A DNA stretch of 64,000 nucleotides from Mobula hypostoma (taxonomy: Eukaryota). The notes under the pieces were generated by a model. The model had not been told where the DNA came from and searched no databases. It worked only from the letters and a program-made list of their open reading frames with translations. Below, piece by piece: positions 46,751 through 59,952 of the stretch (positions are counted from its first letter, which is position 1; each line of letters begins with the position of its first letter). The stretch covers positions 141,918,001 through 141,982,000 of the forward strand of contig NC_086102.1 in the NCBI RefSeq assembly GCF_963921235.1, given 5' to 3'. Made by a program: the position numbers and the translations under genes.

Positions 46751-49129
46751 CCTTTGATGACACTATCAACTCATTTGATTCATTTACCCTGATTCCACTG
46801 GAAATCACAGTTGAACAGTAATCGTAACCTAAGGACCACACTAAACTGTTCTAACATATTTGGTTCCAGTTGATAGATAACATTATGATGATTCCCAGGA
46901 GGCTGAAAAACACGAACTGTATTGAAAGTTGTTTGGAAAGTGGCAACTTTAACATCAAAAATCCCACATCCCCTTTCCCCACCCTCGCAAGAAAAACAGC
47001 GACAATAACATCAAACCCTTAATCTACCCCCACAGAAAAAATCAGTGACAATAACATCAACCCTTAAACCCCCCACAGCAAAAAACAGTGACAATAACAT
47101 CAAAACCCCCAACTCACCCTCTCACAAACAAAAACAGATCGCCCACACAGAAAAACATGATCAATAACATCAGTCCCCAAATCCCCACCACCTTCCTCTC
47201 AGAAAAAGTAACATATCACCCACCACCAATTGGCAACAAGAAAGAAAACACTGAAAACTGAAGGTGATCAATATAAAGTACAGTCCAATAATCAGATAAA
47301 TCTCGGAATATCTAAAACATCTTCCTTTCAGCATTTGAAAAGAGCGGCACACAAACTCAGACCTTCCATGAAGAGTGACTGCAACAATGTCGCCAGCACG
47401 TCGCCAGCTCTGCTACGGACTGTCGTCGACCCCATGGCCTTCATTGAGAGCAGCTGCTGACCTCCTCCAAATTCGGCCTCGTTACCTCAATCTTCCTCGA
47501 CACGAAGATGGAGTCATTCATAACCACGTGCACTGTGATTGGTCTTTTCATAAAGCTGCATGTGCTCTTGGTTCTCTTGGGGACCCTGTCTCTGATCTCC
47601 ATGAGGCAACTCATGCTCTTGGTCCTCTCCTGACACAGCAGAGCGCTAGATCATTTGATCAAATTGCAAACTGCACGTCGTATGTTCAGCAGCTTGTATA
47701 AAACGATCAAGACAAAAAAAACTTAGAGAAAGTGATATAATGGAAAAGATTGGCTATCTGGAGAAGATGCTACCCAAGGAATTAATATTTGCTGATGTCT
47801 TCTTGATCAGAAGATTTACAAGATATTTCAGAAATTTATTTTTTACTTTTACAAAACATGATGAATTCTACCTCAGTTGAAACCAGGGTAAACAACAAGA
47901 ATACATGGACAGAAAACTGCTGGAGAGCTTGAACATATCTAAGATTCTGCATTGTGAAAGATGGAATTTGAGTTGAAATTGGTGTGGAATGATTTAAAGC
48001 TGTAGGATCTTCTATTGAAAGTTAACAAAAAGAAATAAACATGAATTATTGAAACCTCAGTCAACACAGATCCTAAAGAATGTGGTAAGACTGAACTCTA
48101 AGTCTTGAAGAGGATGGTGATCTCTGGAATTGTCTATCCCAGAGGTTATAGAAATAGATCATTGGGATATTGAAAGAGGAAATGGAAACACTTTTGGAAA
48201 GTTGGGATATGGGGAAATAGCCCAGAGGACAGGTGCAGGTTCTGGTGGTGTAGCAATAACCTCATACAGCACATATACAATAACAGTATGAAAGAGATAC
48301 AGAAAGTAGTTTAACATAGAAGCACAATCTAAGTTGAAATTGAAGCTCATCAAATCCACATGTTTTTTGGTGGTTTTCAGTTAATCTGGAATTATATCAA
48401 AGCAGAGTGCTGTGAAGAGTTTTAATTCTGAAAGTGGAGCTAATAGATGTTAGAGAAAGGCTTTTTACTTTGGCAAAGAGCCGTAATTACCATTACTTTG
48501 GGAAGCCTTCCTCATGGCTTGTTGAGGGATACTAATGTAATGACAGAAGGACCTTTCCAGTTTTAAGTCACATTTCTGTGTTCTTTGGAATGGAGTGAAG
48601 GATGATCTTATTGAAACAAATAATGCCCTAAATCACACCACCAGGTTGATGTTGATCTCTCCACCACTAGGGGCCTTGGATAAGCTGTCATAGCTACAAG
48701 ATAATGGGGTAATTATTAAAAGTTGATTTAGTGACAGATTTCTTCTCTCTGAAATTGGCAAATCGGTGATTCAGTAAATTCATAGCTAAATAATTGTAGA
48801 GTATGTGTAACCTTATAGACCTGTCCAAAATAATAATCTCAGATGTCACCTCCCTAAACATAAAAAATTCCTCTGAATGTAGGAAACTGATGGATGACGT
48901 TACAGAGGTATTTAAAATTATGCTAATGATAAAATTATGCTAGGATAGGATGGAGGGTCACAGTATATTTTGTTGTGAAGAGGAGTCAAAAATGAGAGAG
49001 GAAAGAGAGGACTTGAGAAGCACATTTTTCACACAGAGCACGGTGGGCAAAATGGAACAAGCGACCAGAGGGATTTGTAAAGGCCAGTACAATTTCAATG
49101 TTTAAAAGACATTTAGATAGGTACATGGG

Positions 49130-49610
49130 AATCCTGCAGAAGGACTCCAAAGTCCCTTTGTGCCTCAGTTTTTGTATTTTCCCTTCATTTAGATGTCAAC
49201 CCTTTCATTTCTTCTGCCAAAGTGCATCACCATACACTTCCCGACACTGTATTCCATCTGCCATTTCCTTGCACATTCTCATAATGTCTGTCTTTCTATA
49301 GCCTCTCTACTTCCTTTAAATACCTTAAAAATACCTGCCACTGCACTTAACTTTATACTCTTTGTAAACTTTGCAACAGAGTCATCAATTCCATCATCCA
49401 AATCATTGACATATAACATTAAAAAAAAAATCAGTCCCAACACTGACCCATAATGGGACAACACTAGTCACTGGCAGCCAACCAGAAAAAGCTCCCTTTA
49501 TTCCCAATCTTTGCCTCCTGCCAATTAGCCACTGCTTTATCCATGCTAGAACCTTTCCTGAAATACCATGGGCTCCTAGTGGGTGAAGCAGCCTCATGTG
49601 TGGCACCTTG
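49130..49610 (-). mobile_element. CR1 RT fragment
   Basis: AHGISGKVLAWIKQWLIGRRQR..SGW.PVTS; GSVLG..YVNDLDDG..VAKF. Confidence 0.8.
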
Positions 49611-49649
49611 TCACCTTGTACAATTTTTGGTTCAAAGGCATTGGTTTTT

Positions 49650-51130
49650 CAATCCCTGGCCATGGAGCAGCCAGTCAATATACTCTCCACAACATATCTA
49701 TAGAAGTTGTCAAAGTTTTAGACGTCATGCTGAATCTTCGCAAACCTCTAAGTAGAGGTGCTGCTGTGTTTTCTTCGTAATTGCACAACACTGATCAGCC
49801 CACTCTATTCTTTCATCAGTCAATTCAGCCAGATGAGTCAAACGTGATTTACCTTCAGTATAATCTCTGCCGGGCAGAGTACAGGTTCTCTGAAATATCA
49901 ACACCAACGAACTTAAAGTTGTTGACCCTTTTGATCTCTGACCCATTGATGGGGACTGGCTCATGGCCTTCTGTTCCCCTCCTCCTGAAGACAATAATCA
50001 GCTCTTTGGTCTTGCTGACACTGAATAAGAGATTGTTATTGTGGTTCCACTCAGCCAGACTTTCAATCTCCTTCCTATTTTCTGATTTATCACCACCTTT
50101 GATTTGGTCTATTGCTGTGGTGTCATCAGCATGCGTCACTGTGGCATTGCAGCTGTGCTTAGCCTTTTAATCACCAGTGTAAAGTGAGTAGAGCACGGGG
50201 CTGGGCACACAGCCTTGCGGTGCATCTGTGTTGATGGAGATTAGGGTTGAAAATATGTTGCTAATTCAAACTGACCGGGGTCTGCAAGAGAGGGAAACAA
50301 GGATCTAATTACACAAAGAGGTACTGAGGTCAAGGGATTGCAGCATACTGATTAGCTTTGAGGAGACGATGGTATTGAATGCTGAGCTACAGTTAGTAAA
50401 GAGAATCCTGTTGTGCATGTCTTTGCTGTGCAGATGTTCCAAGAATCAGTTGTAGAGCCAATGAAATGCCATCTGCTGTTGACCTGTTGTGCTGGTAGGC
50501 AAACTGGAGCAGATTCAAGTCGCTTCTTAGGCAGGAGATGATGTTTCATCACCAACCTCACAAAACAATTCATCACTCTGAGTATAAGCGCTACTGGACA
50601 ATAGTCAATGACGCAGGTTAGTATGTTCTTCTTAGCCAGCAGTAGAATTGAAGAACGCTTGAAGCAGGAGGGCACTCAGATTGCTGAAGTGAGAGGTTAA
50701 AGATCTTAGTGAACACTCCAGCCATTTGATTAGCACAGGTCTCAGGTTTTTAACCATGAACCCCATCTGGGGTGGATGATTTCCATGGGTTCACCCTCTT
50801 GACGGTGCTTTCACATTGGGATCAGAGACTGAAATCACAGGATCATTGGGAGTTGTGAAAGTTCATGATGGTTCCTCCATATTTTGATGGTCAAGCCCTG
50901 TCACAGATGATGAGCATCCTTCATTGATTCAAGTTAAGTCCAAAATTGCTACTTTGCTTCTGAGATGGCTTTCCAGAGATCGTCCCTGGACTTCGTGTAA
51001 CTCTTTTTGTCACCAGACTTGAATGCCATTGATTTGGCCCTCAGCAGTTTGTAGATCTCATGGTTCATCTTGAACTCCTGTTTGGGGAAGACAATGAATG
51101 ATCTTCTGGGGACATACTCATCAATGACAC
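49650..51130 (-). mobile_element. Rex1/Babar fossil copy F
   Basis: ADDTTA..W..NNL.FSVSKTKELIIVFRR..INGS..VNNFKFVGV.ISENL (49855..50139). Confidence 0.8.
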
Positions 51131-51699
51131 ACGCATCAAGTTTTTATAAATCAACAGCTTATCAGAGATAATTATCCATTTATTGGCCTTTCTCGCATTA
51201 GAAAATTAATTACAAGGAATGGGATGTCACAAGGATGGTGAGGTAATCCAGAACTCAGTGGGAATTGAAATGCTGAGTGTATGTGTACAGTTCTTCAATG
51301 ACAGGAGAGTGGAAGGCTTTGACTGTTCAACATGTTCAACAAGCCACGTGAAACAAACACAATGAAAGCTGGAGGTGGGAAGACTACAAGGAACCACAGC
51401 GAAAGGCAATATTAACTCTCACTTGGAGGATCAAGTGGGTTATGAGGTTATGAAGGGTGAGTCAGCAGAGATTATTGAAGACAAATCACGTGTGTCTTAT
51501 TTGGTTGAAAGAATCGAGGTGACTGATCTGTGCTGTGGAGCAAAAGCAGTATAGATAGATTTTCAAATCAAACCTGGCAGAATAATAAGGTATGTCCTCA
51601 ATTTAGGCAGCTTGAGAAAGACAACCAAAATGCTACTTTTTCCCGGGTGAATGGACCTGGGTGATATGCAGCTGTGAACGTTCCTGAACTGTTTGATTG

Positions 51700-51940
51700 A
51701 AACAACAATTAAAATGATAAGAAAGCACAACTGAAAGAATCCACGATGCAACAAATGTCTTTCTGTTGTTTTTTGACAATAAATGAAAAAAAGGATTTTG
51801 TTACATTTTGCTGATGTTTAATGTTGTGTCACCAGAATAACAAGAAACTGCCTAGTGAGACCTTTCTACCCTGCATATAAATACCAACTCGTGTTAGACT
51901 GTGAAACATTCAGCTGGTTACCAGACTCACTGTGTTCAAA
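51700..51940 (+). promoter_or_regulatory. crystallin proximal promoter copy 6
   Basis: TATAAATA 51876-51883; ATTTTGCTGATG motif. Confidence 0.7.
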
Positions 51941-53439
51941 ATGGGAAAGGCAAGGGCTACTCAGTAAATGAACTAAATGAGAATTCTTCATGAACACCCA
52001 AGCAACTATTAACACAGATATGTTTCTTCCCACAGATCATCTTCTACGAGGACAGGAACTTCCAGGGTCGGCACTATGAGTGCAGCTCCGACTGTGCCGA
52101 CCTCTCCCCTTACTTCAGCCGCTGTAACTCCATCCGTGTCGAGAGTGACTGGTGGGTGTTGTACGAGAGACCCAACTACATGGGATACCAGTATGTCCTG
52201 AGCAGGGGAGAGTATCCTGACTACCAGCGCTGGATGGGATTCAATGACACAATCAGGTCCTGTCGCAGCTACCCATATGTAAGTTCAATTTTTTTTAGGG
52301 AATTTTATCCTTTGCAGTTCATCTCTTAAGATGGAGATTTTGCCTAGCAAGTGCCTAATGGATATTAAATACGCCCAAGTTTGTTAAAATACTAGGGGAT
52401 TTCTATGTAAAGGAGGAGGTAACATTGGATCTCTTAACAAGCATTAATATATCCCAGTTTATTGTGAGAGACCAGAGATGAGATTGTTGAGATCTTGACC
52501 AAAATCTTCATGTCTTTTCTCACCATCTGTTATATTGCAGTTTTCACTGGAGCAGCGGAGGTTGAGAAGAGAACTGATTGAGATTTATAAGTTGATGAAA
52601 GTCATATTTAGAGTAGACAGGTGGTGAAATTATCTAATACCAGAGGACATGCATTTAGGGTGAGATGATGTAAGTTCAAAGGAGATGTGAGGGGCAAACA
52701 TTTTTTACAGCGTGGTGGGTGCCTGGAATGCGCAGCCTGGGATGATGTTGGATGCAGATACATTACTAACTTATAAAAGATGTTTAGTCACATGGATGTG
52801 AGGGAAGTGGAAGGATATGGACATTGTTTAAGTCGAAGGGATCAGTTTAGTTATCTGTTTAATTTAAATAGCCAGCTAAATTTAAATTTATGAATTTAAT
52901 CCGCTGGGCACAACATTGTGGGCCAAAAGGCCTGTCCTGTGCTCTACTGTTTCTGTCCAGAATTTCTTATATTTTCCCCTTTGCTTTCCTTTAATTTATG
53001 TTAGAACCGACAGCAAAGCCATTTGTTGAGGCAGATAGTGAAATGATCAATTTGTATCTGACTTTATTTTCCATTGAAGTCAATGGCCAGTTTATGAACT
53101 GGTGTTCAATGCTTGAATGCTCTACAAAGCGTCATTACTAAAACTGTGTTTTTCCTATTCCAGTACCGAGGTGGAAACTACAGGATTAGGATTTACGAGA
53201 GGCCTGACTTTGCAGGGCAAATGATGGAATTCATGGATGACTGTCCCTCTGTCTACGATTGTTTCCGTTACCGTGACATCCACTCCTGTCAGGTGATGGA
53301 TGGTTATTGGATCTTCTATGAACATCCCAACTACAGAGGCCGACAGTACTTCCTGAGACCCGGGGAATACAGGAGATACAGTGACTGGGGTGGCTACAAC
53401 TCAATGATCGGGTCCTTCAGGCGCATGAGGGACTTCTAA
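51941..53439 (+). CDS. gamma-crystallin copy 6 (4th intact), 175 aa; join(51941..51949,52036..52278,53164..53439)
   Basis: Same exon structure, open frame, intact splice sites, TATAAATA 51876, AATAAA 53490. Confidence 0.96.
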
Positions 53440-54061
53440 AAGTGGCTCTTGAAAATCTGATTTTATCTTCTTGAAATATTTATGGAAGTAATAAAATACC
53501 TTTGATGACACTATTAGCTCATTTGATTCATTTACCCTGATTCCACTGGAAATTCACTGTGGAACAGTAATAATAATTTAAGGACCACATTGAATTATTT
53601 TATTACAATTGGTTCCAGTTAACAGATAACATTAGGATGATTCATAGGAGGCTGAAGAATATAAACTTAATAGAAAGTTGTTCTTTGCCTCTTGTATTAT
53701 TCTGTTCATTGTGAAGCTTTGAGCTCCATTTCTGAATTTATTTCTGGGGAATTTAATGAGTACAAATATCTATCTGTATCATTTCCATAATTCTGATAGT
53801 TCTGTGAAATGACTTCACTAAAGTATAAACAGCAGAAATAGAGACATGGAGTTAAACAGCACAGAAGCAGCACTTTCCCAAAACATGATGAATTCGACTG
53901 AAGCTGATACCAGTGTAAACAACAAGAAAACATGGACAGAAATCTGATGGATAGTTTAAGTGTATCTCTGATTCTGTTTGGAACCACATTGTGAAGGATG
54001 GAAGTTTGAGCTGAAATTGATGTGGAATGATTTGAAGCTGTAGAATCTTCCAAGGAGAGTT

Positions 54062-54205
54062 AGTAATAAAAGTCCCTTGTGAGTGTTGATTGTGAGGAAC
54101 CTCCTGCTTGAATCCTCAATCTCCATTTGCAGATAGGCATGTGACAAGTCAATCTTTCAAAACATCTTCCCACTTGCTAAAGATGCAAAAATATCTTCTA
54201 TTGGT
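54062..54205 (-). mobile_element. ~140-bp Ty3/Gypsy reverse-transcriptase fragment
   Basis: Minus strand reads PIEDIFASLASGKMF*KIDLSHAYLQMEIEDSSRRFLTINTHKGL, the Gypsy RT DL..AY.Q/TINTHKGL signature. Confidence 0.8.
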
Positions 54206-54346
54206 CTTCTGTTTTGGAAAATCAGAATATGGGGAAATGGTCCAGAAGAGGTCAGAAACAGGTTCTGGCAGTAAAGAAGTAAATTCTTAACACTTAATAC
54301 TACAAGACTATGAAAGACATACGGAAAGTGTATAATAGTTTAATAT

Positions 54347-55037
54347 CAGGTAAGAGGGCGGAGAAGATGGCGGCGGGACACAGCGCGCGCGGCCTCTCCG
54401 GTGAGATGATATTGTATTTGTTAAATAGGGGCTATGCACAATTCTGATTTGATGGAGACAGATGTGAGAAACACGGAGGAACATCTGGAGAAACTTCTGA
54501 AATGCCCGGTTCGCTGCCGCTGCTACTGTGCGATCGAGAATCTCCAGAAGGAAGGCCCCTAATCCTTGGCTTTTCCTACTGCTGGCGGCTAGGGCTGGGG
54601 TCAAAGCGCTCAGCAGAGATGGTGCTCGATGCTCGGTGTCAGAGGGCTGGTCGGAGGCTCGAAGTTTTCGGACGACTCAGAGTCAGACTGTGGTCAGGTG
54701 TTTCCAGGATGCTGCATCGGCAAGTTTGCAGCGCTGGAAGCTCATGGCAGGAAGAGAGTTTTCTTCCTTCTCCCATCTGCGTAGGATGATGGGACTTTCA
54801 AGAGACTTTGAACTTTTTTTACCGTGCCCATGGCCTGTTCTTCATCAAGTTACAGTATTGCTTGCACTGTTGTGACTATATGTTATAATTATGTGGTTTT
54901 TGTCAGTTTTTCAGTCTTGGTCTGTCCTGTGTTTCTATGATATCACACTGGAGGAACATTGTATCATTTCTTAATGCGTGCATTACTAAATGACAATAAA
55001 AGAGGACTGTGTGTCCTCATAATCTAATAATCTAATC
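54347..55037 (+). mobile_element. ~0.69-kb non-autonomous retroelement, copy C
   Basis: gagaagatggcggcg 5' end, (taatc)n tail, probable TSD taatat (54341-54346, 55038-55043); empty paralogous site near 48310. Confidence 0.85.
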
Positions 55038-55759
55038 TAATATAGGAAACACAATCTTCCTAATGGCTTGTTGAGGATGCTAATGTAAGGACAGAAGAGC
55101 CTTTCCAGATTTAAGTCACATTTTTGTTCTTTGGAGTAGAGTGAAACAAACCACATCACTGGGCTGATGTTGAGATCTTTCCACCACCGAGGGTCTTTGG
55201 TAAGTTGTGATAGCTAGGAGACAATGGGAAAATTATTTAAAGCTGAGGTATTGTGAAATTTCCTCTCACTGAATTTGGCAAATCAATGATCTATTACAGT
55301 CATAGCTAAATAACTGTAGTGTATGTGTAATCTCATAGAACTGCCTGAAATAATAATCTCAGATGTAACCTCCTTAAAAATAAAAATTCCCCAAGATGAA
55401 GGAAACTGATGTATGACATAATAGAGGTTTGGAAGATCATGAGAAGCATGGATAAGTTGGAGGTTTGCAGTATCCTGCGTATAACAGAGGAGACTAAAAT
55501 TAGAGGGCATAGATTTTGGATGAGAGGGGAAGGAGGGGACCTGAGGAGCACATTATTCACACAGAGTGTGGTGGGACCAAGCTACCAGAAGAATTTGTAA
55601 AGGTTGGTACAATTTAAAAGTTTAAAAGACATTTAGCCAGGTACATGGATTGCAAATATGCACCAATGCAGGCAAGTAGGACCTGCACAGGTGAGAAAAT
55701 TGGTCAACACGGCTGAATTGGTCTGAAGGCCCTGTTACTGTGCTGTACCCTTCCATGAC

Positions 55760-56785
55760 CCTATTACTCCACCAGAAGTTAAAGGACAAGGGCAGCAATA
55801 GCATGGAAACACCTCAACCTGGAAGCTGCCTCCACACCACACTCACACAACTGAAGATATGAAAACACCTGAAGTTACAATGGATATGTTAAAAGATATT
55901 TTATAAAATCCCCACAATTATTGAAGTAGTGACCATGATATTATTCATAATAATTGGTGTAAAGATTTATATGTCTTCAATAATACCAATTAACACATAT
56001 CAACAGTTTTGTTAAAAATCCTGGAAAAGTGTCCGGATTTTTGACAGAAGGCAAAATATGTCTCTTTCCTAAAGGAGAAAGCAAAGATGACCCATCAAAA
56101 TATCGCCCTCTCACCTGTTTATAAACTATATATAAATTTGGAACATCTAGCGTCTCGTAACTAATGACCACTCACATAGGTAATTACAACAAAAGAACAG
56201 AAAGGATGTTGTAAGGGTACAAAAGGATGTAAAGAAGGATGTAAATATCTAATCCTGTAATTCTAATCAAACATGGAGGAAAAGCAGATATTATCTTTCA
56301 TGTTGTTATATTGACTACCAAAAAGCATTTGATTCTGTCCCACACTCATGGTTAATAGAAGTTCTTAAGATATATAAGCTACACTCAATACTTGTGAACT
56401 TCCAACAACATCTGATGTATTGGTGCACTATAATCACCTGATCTATTAACAATCAAAAAAGACCGTTATTATCATAACAAACTGAGGCATTTTCCAGGTC
56501 ATCTCTCGAAGTTGACTATGGTTTTATCTAGGCTTAATTGGGCTCTCTAATTTATTGAATTGGGTGAAAATATGGTATGATATTAGAAGCAACCAAATGA
56601 ATTACATCTTCTGTACATGGATGGTTTGAAATTATATGCTTCATCATCAGTAAAGCTGAAACACTTAAGTCAAATAGTAGGACTATTTCTGAATGATACA
56701 AACAAGGACTTTGGAATGGATTCATGCATTACATTAATCATAAAGTAAGGTGCAATAGAACAGATAGGATATAAAACAGAGCATA
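55760..56785 (+). mobile_element. R4/Dong-like fossil copy F
   Basis: DPSKYRPLTCL.TIYK, YIDYQKAFDSVPHSWL; collinear with other copies. Confidence 0.75.
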
Positions 56786-57350
56786 AGACCATAGACCATA
56801 AGACATAGGAGCAGAATTAGGGCATTTGGCCCATCAAATCTGGTCCGCCATTCAATCGTAGCTGATCCTTTTTTCCCCTCCTCAGCCCCACTCCCCAACC
56901 TTCTCCCCGTAACCTTTGATGCCGTGTGCAATCAAGAACCTATCAATCTCTGCCTTAAATGCACTCAATGACCTGGCCTCCACAGCTGCCTGTGTTATAA
57001 ATTCCACTAATTCACCATCCCCTGGCTAAAGCAATTTCTCCATTTCTCTATTTTATATGGACGGCCCTCTATCCTGAGGCTGTGCCCTCTTATCCTAGAC
57101 TCCCTCATCATGGGAAACAACCTTTCCACATCTACTCTGTTTAGGCCTATCAACATTCAAAATTTCAACTTCAATGAGATCCCACTCATCCTTCTAAATT
57201 CCAGCGAGTACAGATCCAGAGCTATCAAACATTACTTGTATGATAAACCTTCCATTCCTGGATTCAACCTTGTGAATCTCCTCTGAACCCTCCGCAATGC
57301 CAGCACATCATTTCTTGGATAAGGAGCCCAAAACCGTTCATAATACTCAA
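56783..57350 (-). mobile_element. CR1-family 3' end
   Basis: (cttatggt)-type tail cataagaccatagaccataagacatagg; SRIRGHSLRI..; typical CR1 3' UTR. Confidence 0.75.
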
Positions 57351-58115
57351 CATCAGTGTGACCAAAGAGTTGATTGTGGACTTCAGAAATGGTAGGATGA
57401 GGCTACATGAACCAAATTTCATAGAGGGATCAGAAGTGGAGAGAGTGAGAGGTTTCATGCTCCTGGGTGTCAAGATCTTTGAGGATCTAACCTGGTCCCA
57501 ACATATCGATACAGTGATAAATAGGGAAAAATAGCGGTTGTATTTCATTTGGAGTTTGAAGAAATTTGGCATGTCACCTAAAACCTTGAAAACTTCTACA
57601 GATATACTGTGGAGAGCATTCTGACAGGCTACATCACTCTCTGGTATCGGGGGCGGGGGGGGCCGGTGTTTCTAATGCACAAGATCGAAAGAAGCTATAG
57701 AAGGCTGCAAAATTAGTCAGCTCCAGCTTGGGTTCAAGGCTCCATTGTATCTAAGACATCTTCAGGGAGTGGTGCCTCTGAAAGGTGGTGTCCATTATTA
57801 AGAGCCCCCTTCACCCAGGACTTTGCCCTCTTCTCATGGCTACCATTAGGAAGGAGGAACAGAAACCGGAAGGCATGCACTCAGTGATTCAGGAACAGCT
57901 TCTTCCACTCTGCCATCCAATTTCGAAATGGATATTGAACCCATAAACACTATCTCACTTTTATTTCTTGCACTATTTTTAATTTAACTATTTAATATCC
58001 ATATATATTCTTACTGCAATTGATTTATTTATTTTTTCTTTCTATAATATCATGTATTGCATTGTACTGCTGCTGCTAAGTGAACAAATTTTATGAGATC
58101 TGTCAATGATATTAT
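57350..58115 (+). mobile_element. Rex1/Babar 3' part, sense orientation
   Basis: TKELIVDFR..IEGSEVERV..LGVKI.EDLTWSQHI; FY..TVESIL.G.IT.WY; AT-rich 3' UTR. Confidence 0.8.
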
Positions 58116-58158
58116 TTGAGAAGTTAATTAATTGATTCTGAGTCAATTGAGAAATGAT

Positions 58159-59936
58159 TGTCACAACCATGGATTTGGCAGTGCAGTAGATACGGCAATT
58201 GCGTTTGTAAATATGCATGTGTCAGCTAATTATTATTTAATCATGATAGTTAACAAAGTTCACGTGCCAGTGATAATAACCCTGATTCTGATTTAACTCC
58301 ATACTTGTTGATGTAGTGCTTGTTGAGACTTGGACAGAGCACAGCAACCCTTCGCTGCCTGTCTGCTTTGGCCTTCCCTGAGATATTGGACTGTCAAGTC
58401 AAGCGACTCCGAAGGCTAGCGGTATTCATTTAATGTTAAGATGTTCTATTCAGCCGCAACGTGGGCTTCGTTTTCCATTTGAGAGTTTTAGTTAATGGCC
58501 CTGTTTGTCCTAGCGTTTATTGTTTATTTTTCCCTTTAACATTGTTCGCATTAAAGTCTGTGAACTCTCGACCTGCTTCACTGTCTCTCACTCCACACCT
58601 GGGCCATATCCGAACCTGGTAACAACTCCTCTCTTGTGACAGTTATCATGAGCACCTCTGAGGGAAGTCCTACTATGAGAGCAGAGAAATATGTGAGAGA
58701 CTGAACGCTGAAGGAATAGTTCCATCTGCTTTGACATCAATGATGATCTGATTGCACCTGAAACTCTGGCATTTCTTCATTGTGAATCCAGTACTTCCGA
58801 AAAGCTCCTTTATACTGTACCAATAAATAACTCAGACACGGGCCAAGAACATCCATCTTATTGTGGTCCACAGGTCTGTCTCTGTTGAATATAATGCAGT
58901 AACAAATGATTGTCTGACTCCAAAAAATAAAACAAAATGCTTGATGCTCTCTGCTTCATGTAGTAAGTAGATACATGCTTAGATAACCGTAACTTATGCA
59001 CAAAATACTCTTTGTACTGGTCATTTGAGCTAAATATTGATTGAAACCCATTGGCCTTCCACTCATCTCTAAGAGTGGTCAAGGCTCTAGCCGCAGTAGC
59101 TATGGGTGATGCACAACATATTGATTGTGGTTAAGGAGGTGTATTGAAAGGTAATCATTTCATGCTGATAAAAGACAAAGTATTCAACAATGAGAAACCC
59201 CTCACATGACTCCAATTGAAATTACATTTGAATCTTTTCAAAAACTGACCAGGTGGGCCATTGAGATGATATTTTGACAGTGCTTCACAGTGCTTCATTA
59301 TTCAGCAATTAGATTTGATCCCTGCCCCATCACAAGCCATCACTCTCTCACCTAACCCTGCCACCTTTAATGCCCTGTGAAAAGACGGGCTACCAGAGAA
59401 AGGACAAGCAAATGGTTCATCTCAGCATTCAGTCTCTCAAATATTTCTCTGCTCTCATAGTAGGACTTCCCTCAGAGGTGCTCATGATAACTGTCACAAG
59501 AGTGGAGTTGTTACCAGGTTTGGATATGGCCCAGGTGTGGAGTGAGAGACTCTGAAGCAGGTTGAGAGTTCACAGACTTTAATGCAAACAGTGTTAAAGG
59601 GAAAAATAAAACAATAAACACTAGGCCAAACAGGGCCATTAACTAAAACTCTCAAATGGAAAACGGAGCCTCCACTGGGGCTGAAAGGAACACCTGAACA
59701 TTAAACGAATACCACTAGTCTTCAGAGTCAGTTGACTCGACAGTCTAATTTCTCAGGGAAGGCCGAAACAAACAGGCAACGAAGCGTTGCTGTGCTCTGT
59801 CCAAGTCTCCACAAGCACTACGATGACAAGTATGGAGTTAAATACACTCACGATTAAATAATAATTAGCTGACACGTGCATATTCACAAGCAGATTTTGC
59901 CGTATCTACTGCACTGCCGAATCCATGGTTGTGAGA
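58159..59936. mobile_element. 1.78-kb element with long inverted LTR-like arms (58159-58711 and 59422-59936) and 5-bp TSD ATGAT
   Basis: Arms are reverse complements (roughly 85-90% by eye); termini TGTCACA...TGTGAGA; atgat at 58154-58158 and 59937-59941; non-coding 710-bp spacer. Confidence 0.8.
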
Positions 59937-59952
59937 ATGATTGTGTTTTAGC

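Noticed and set aside
57648-57663. G-run as a regulatory G-quadruplex
   Set aside because: Short G-rich slippage tract inside a Rex1 fossil with no supporting context.
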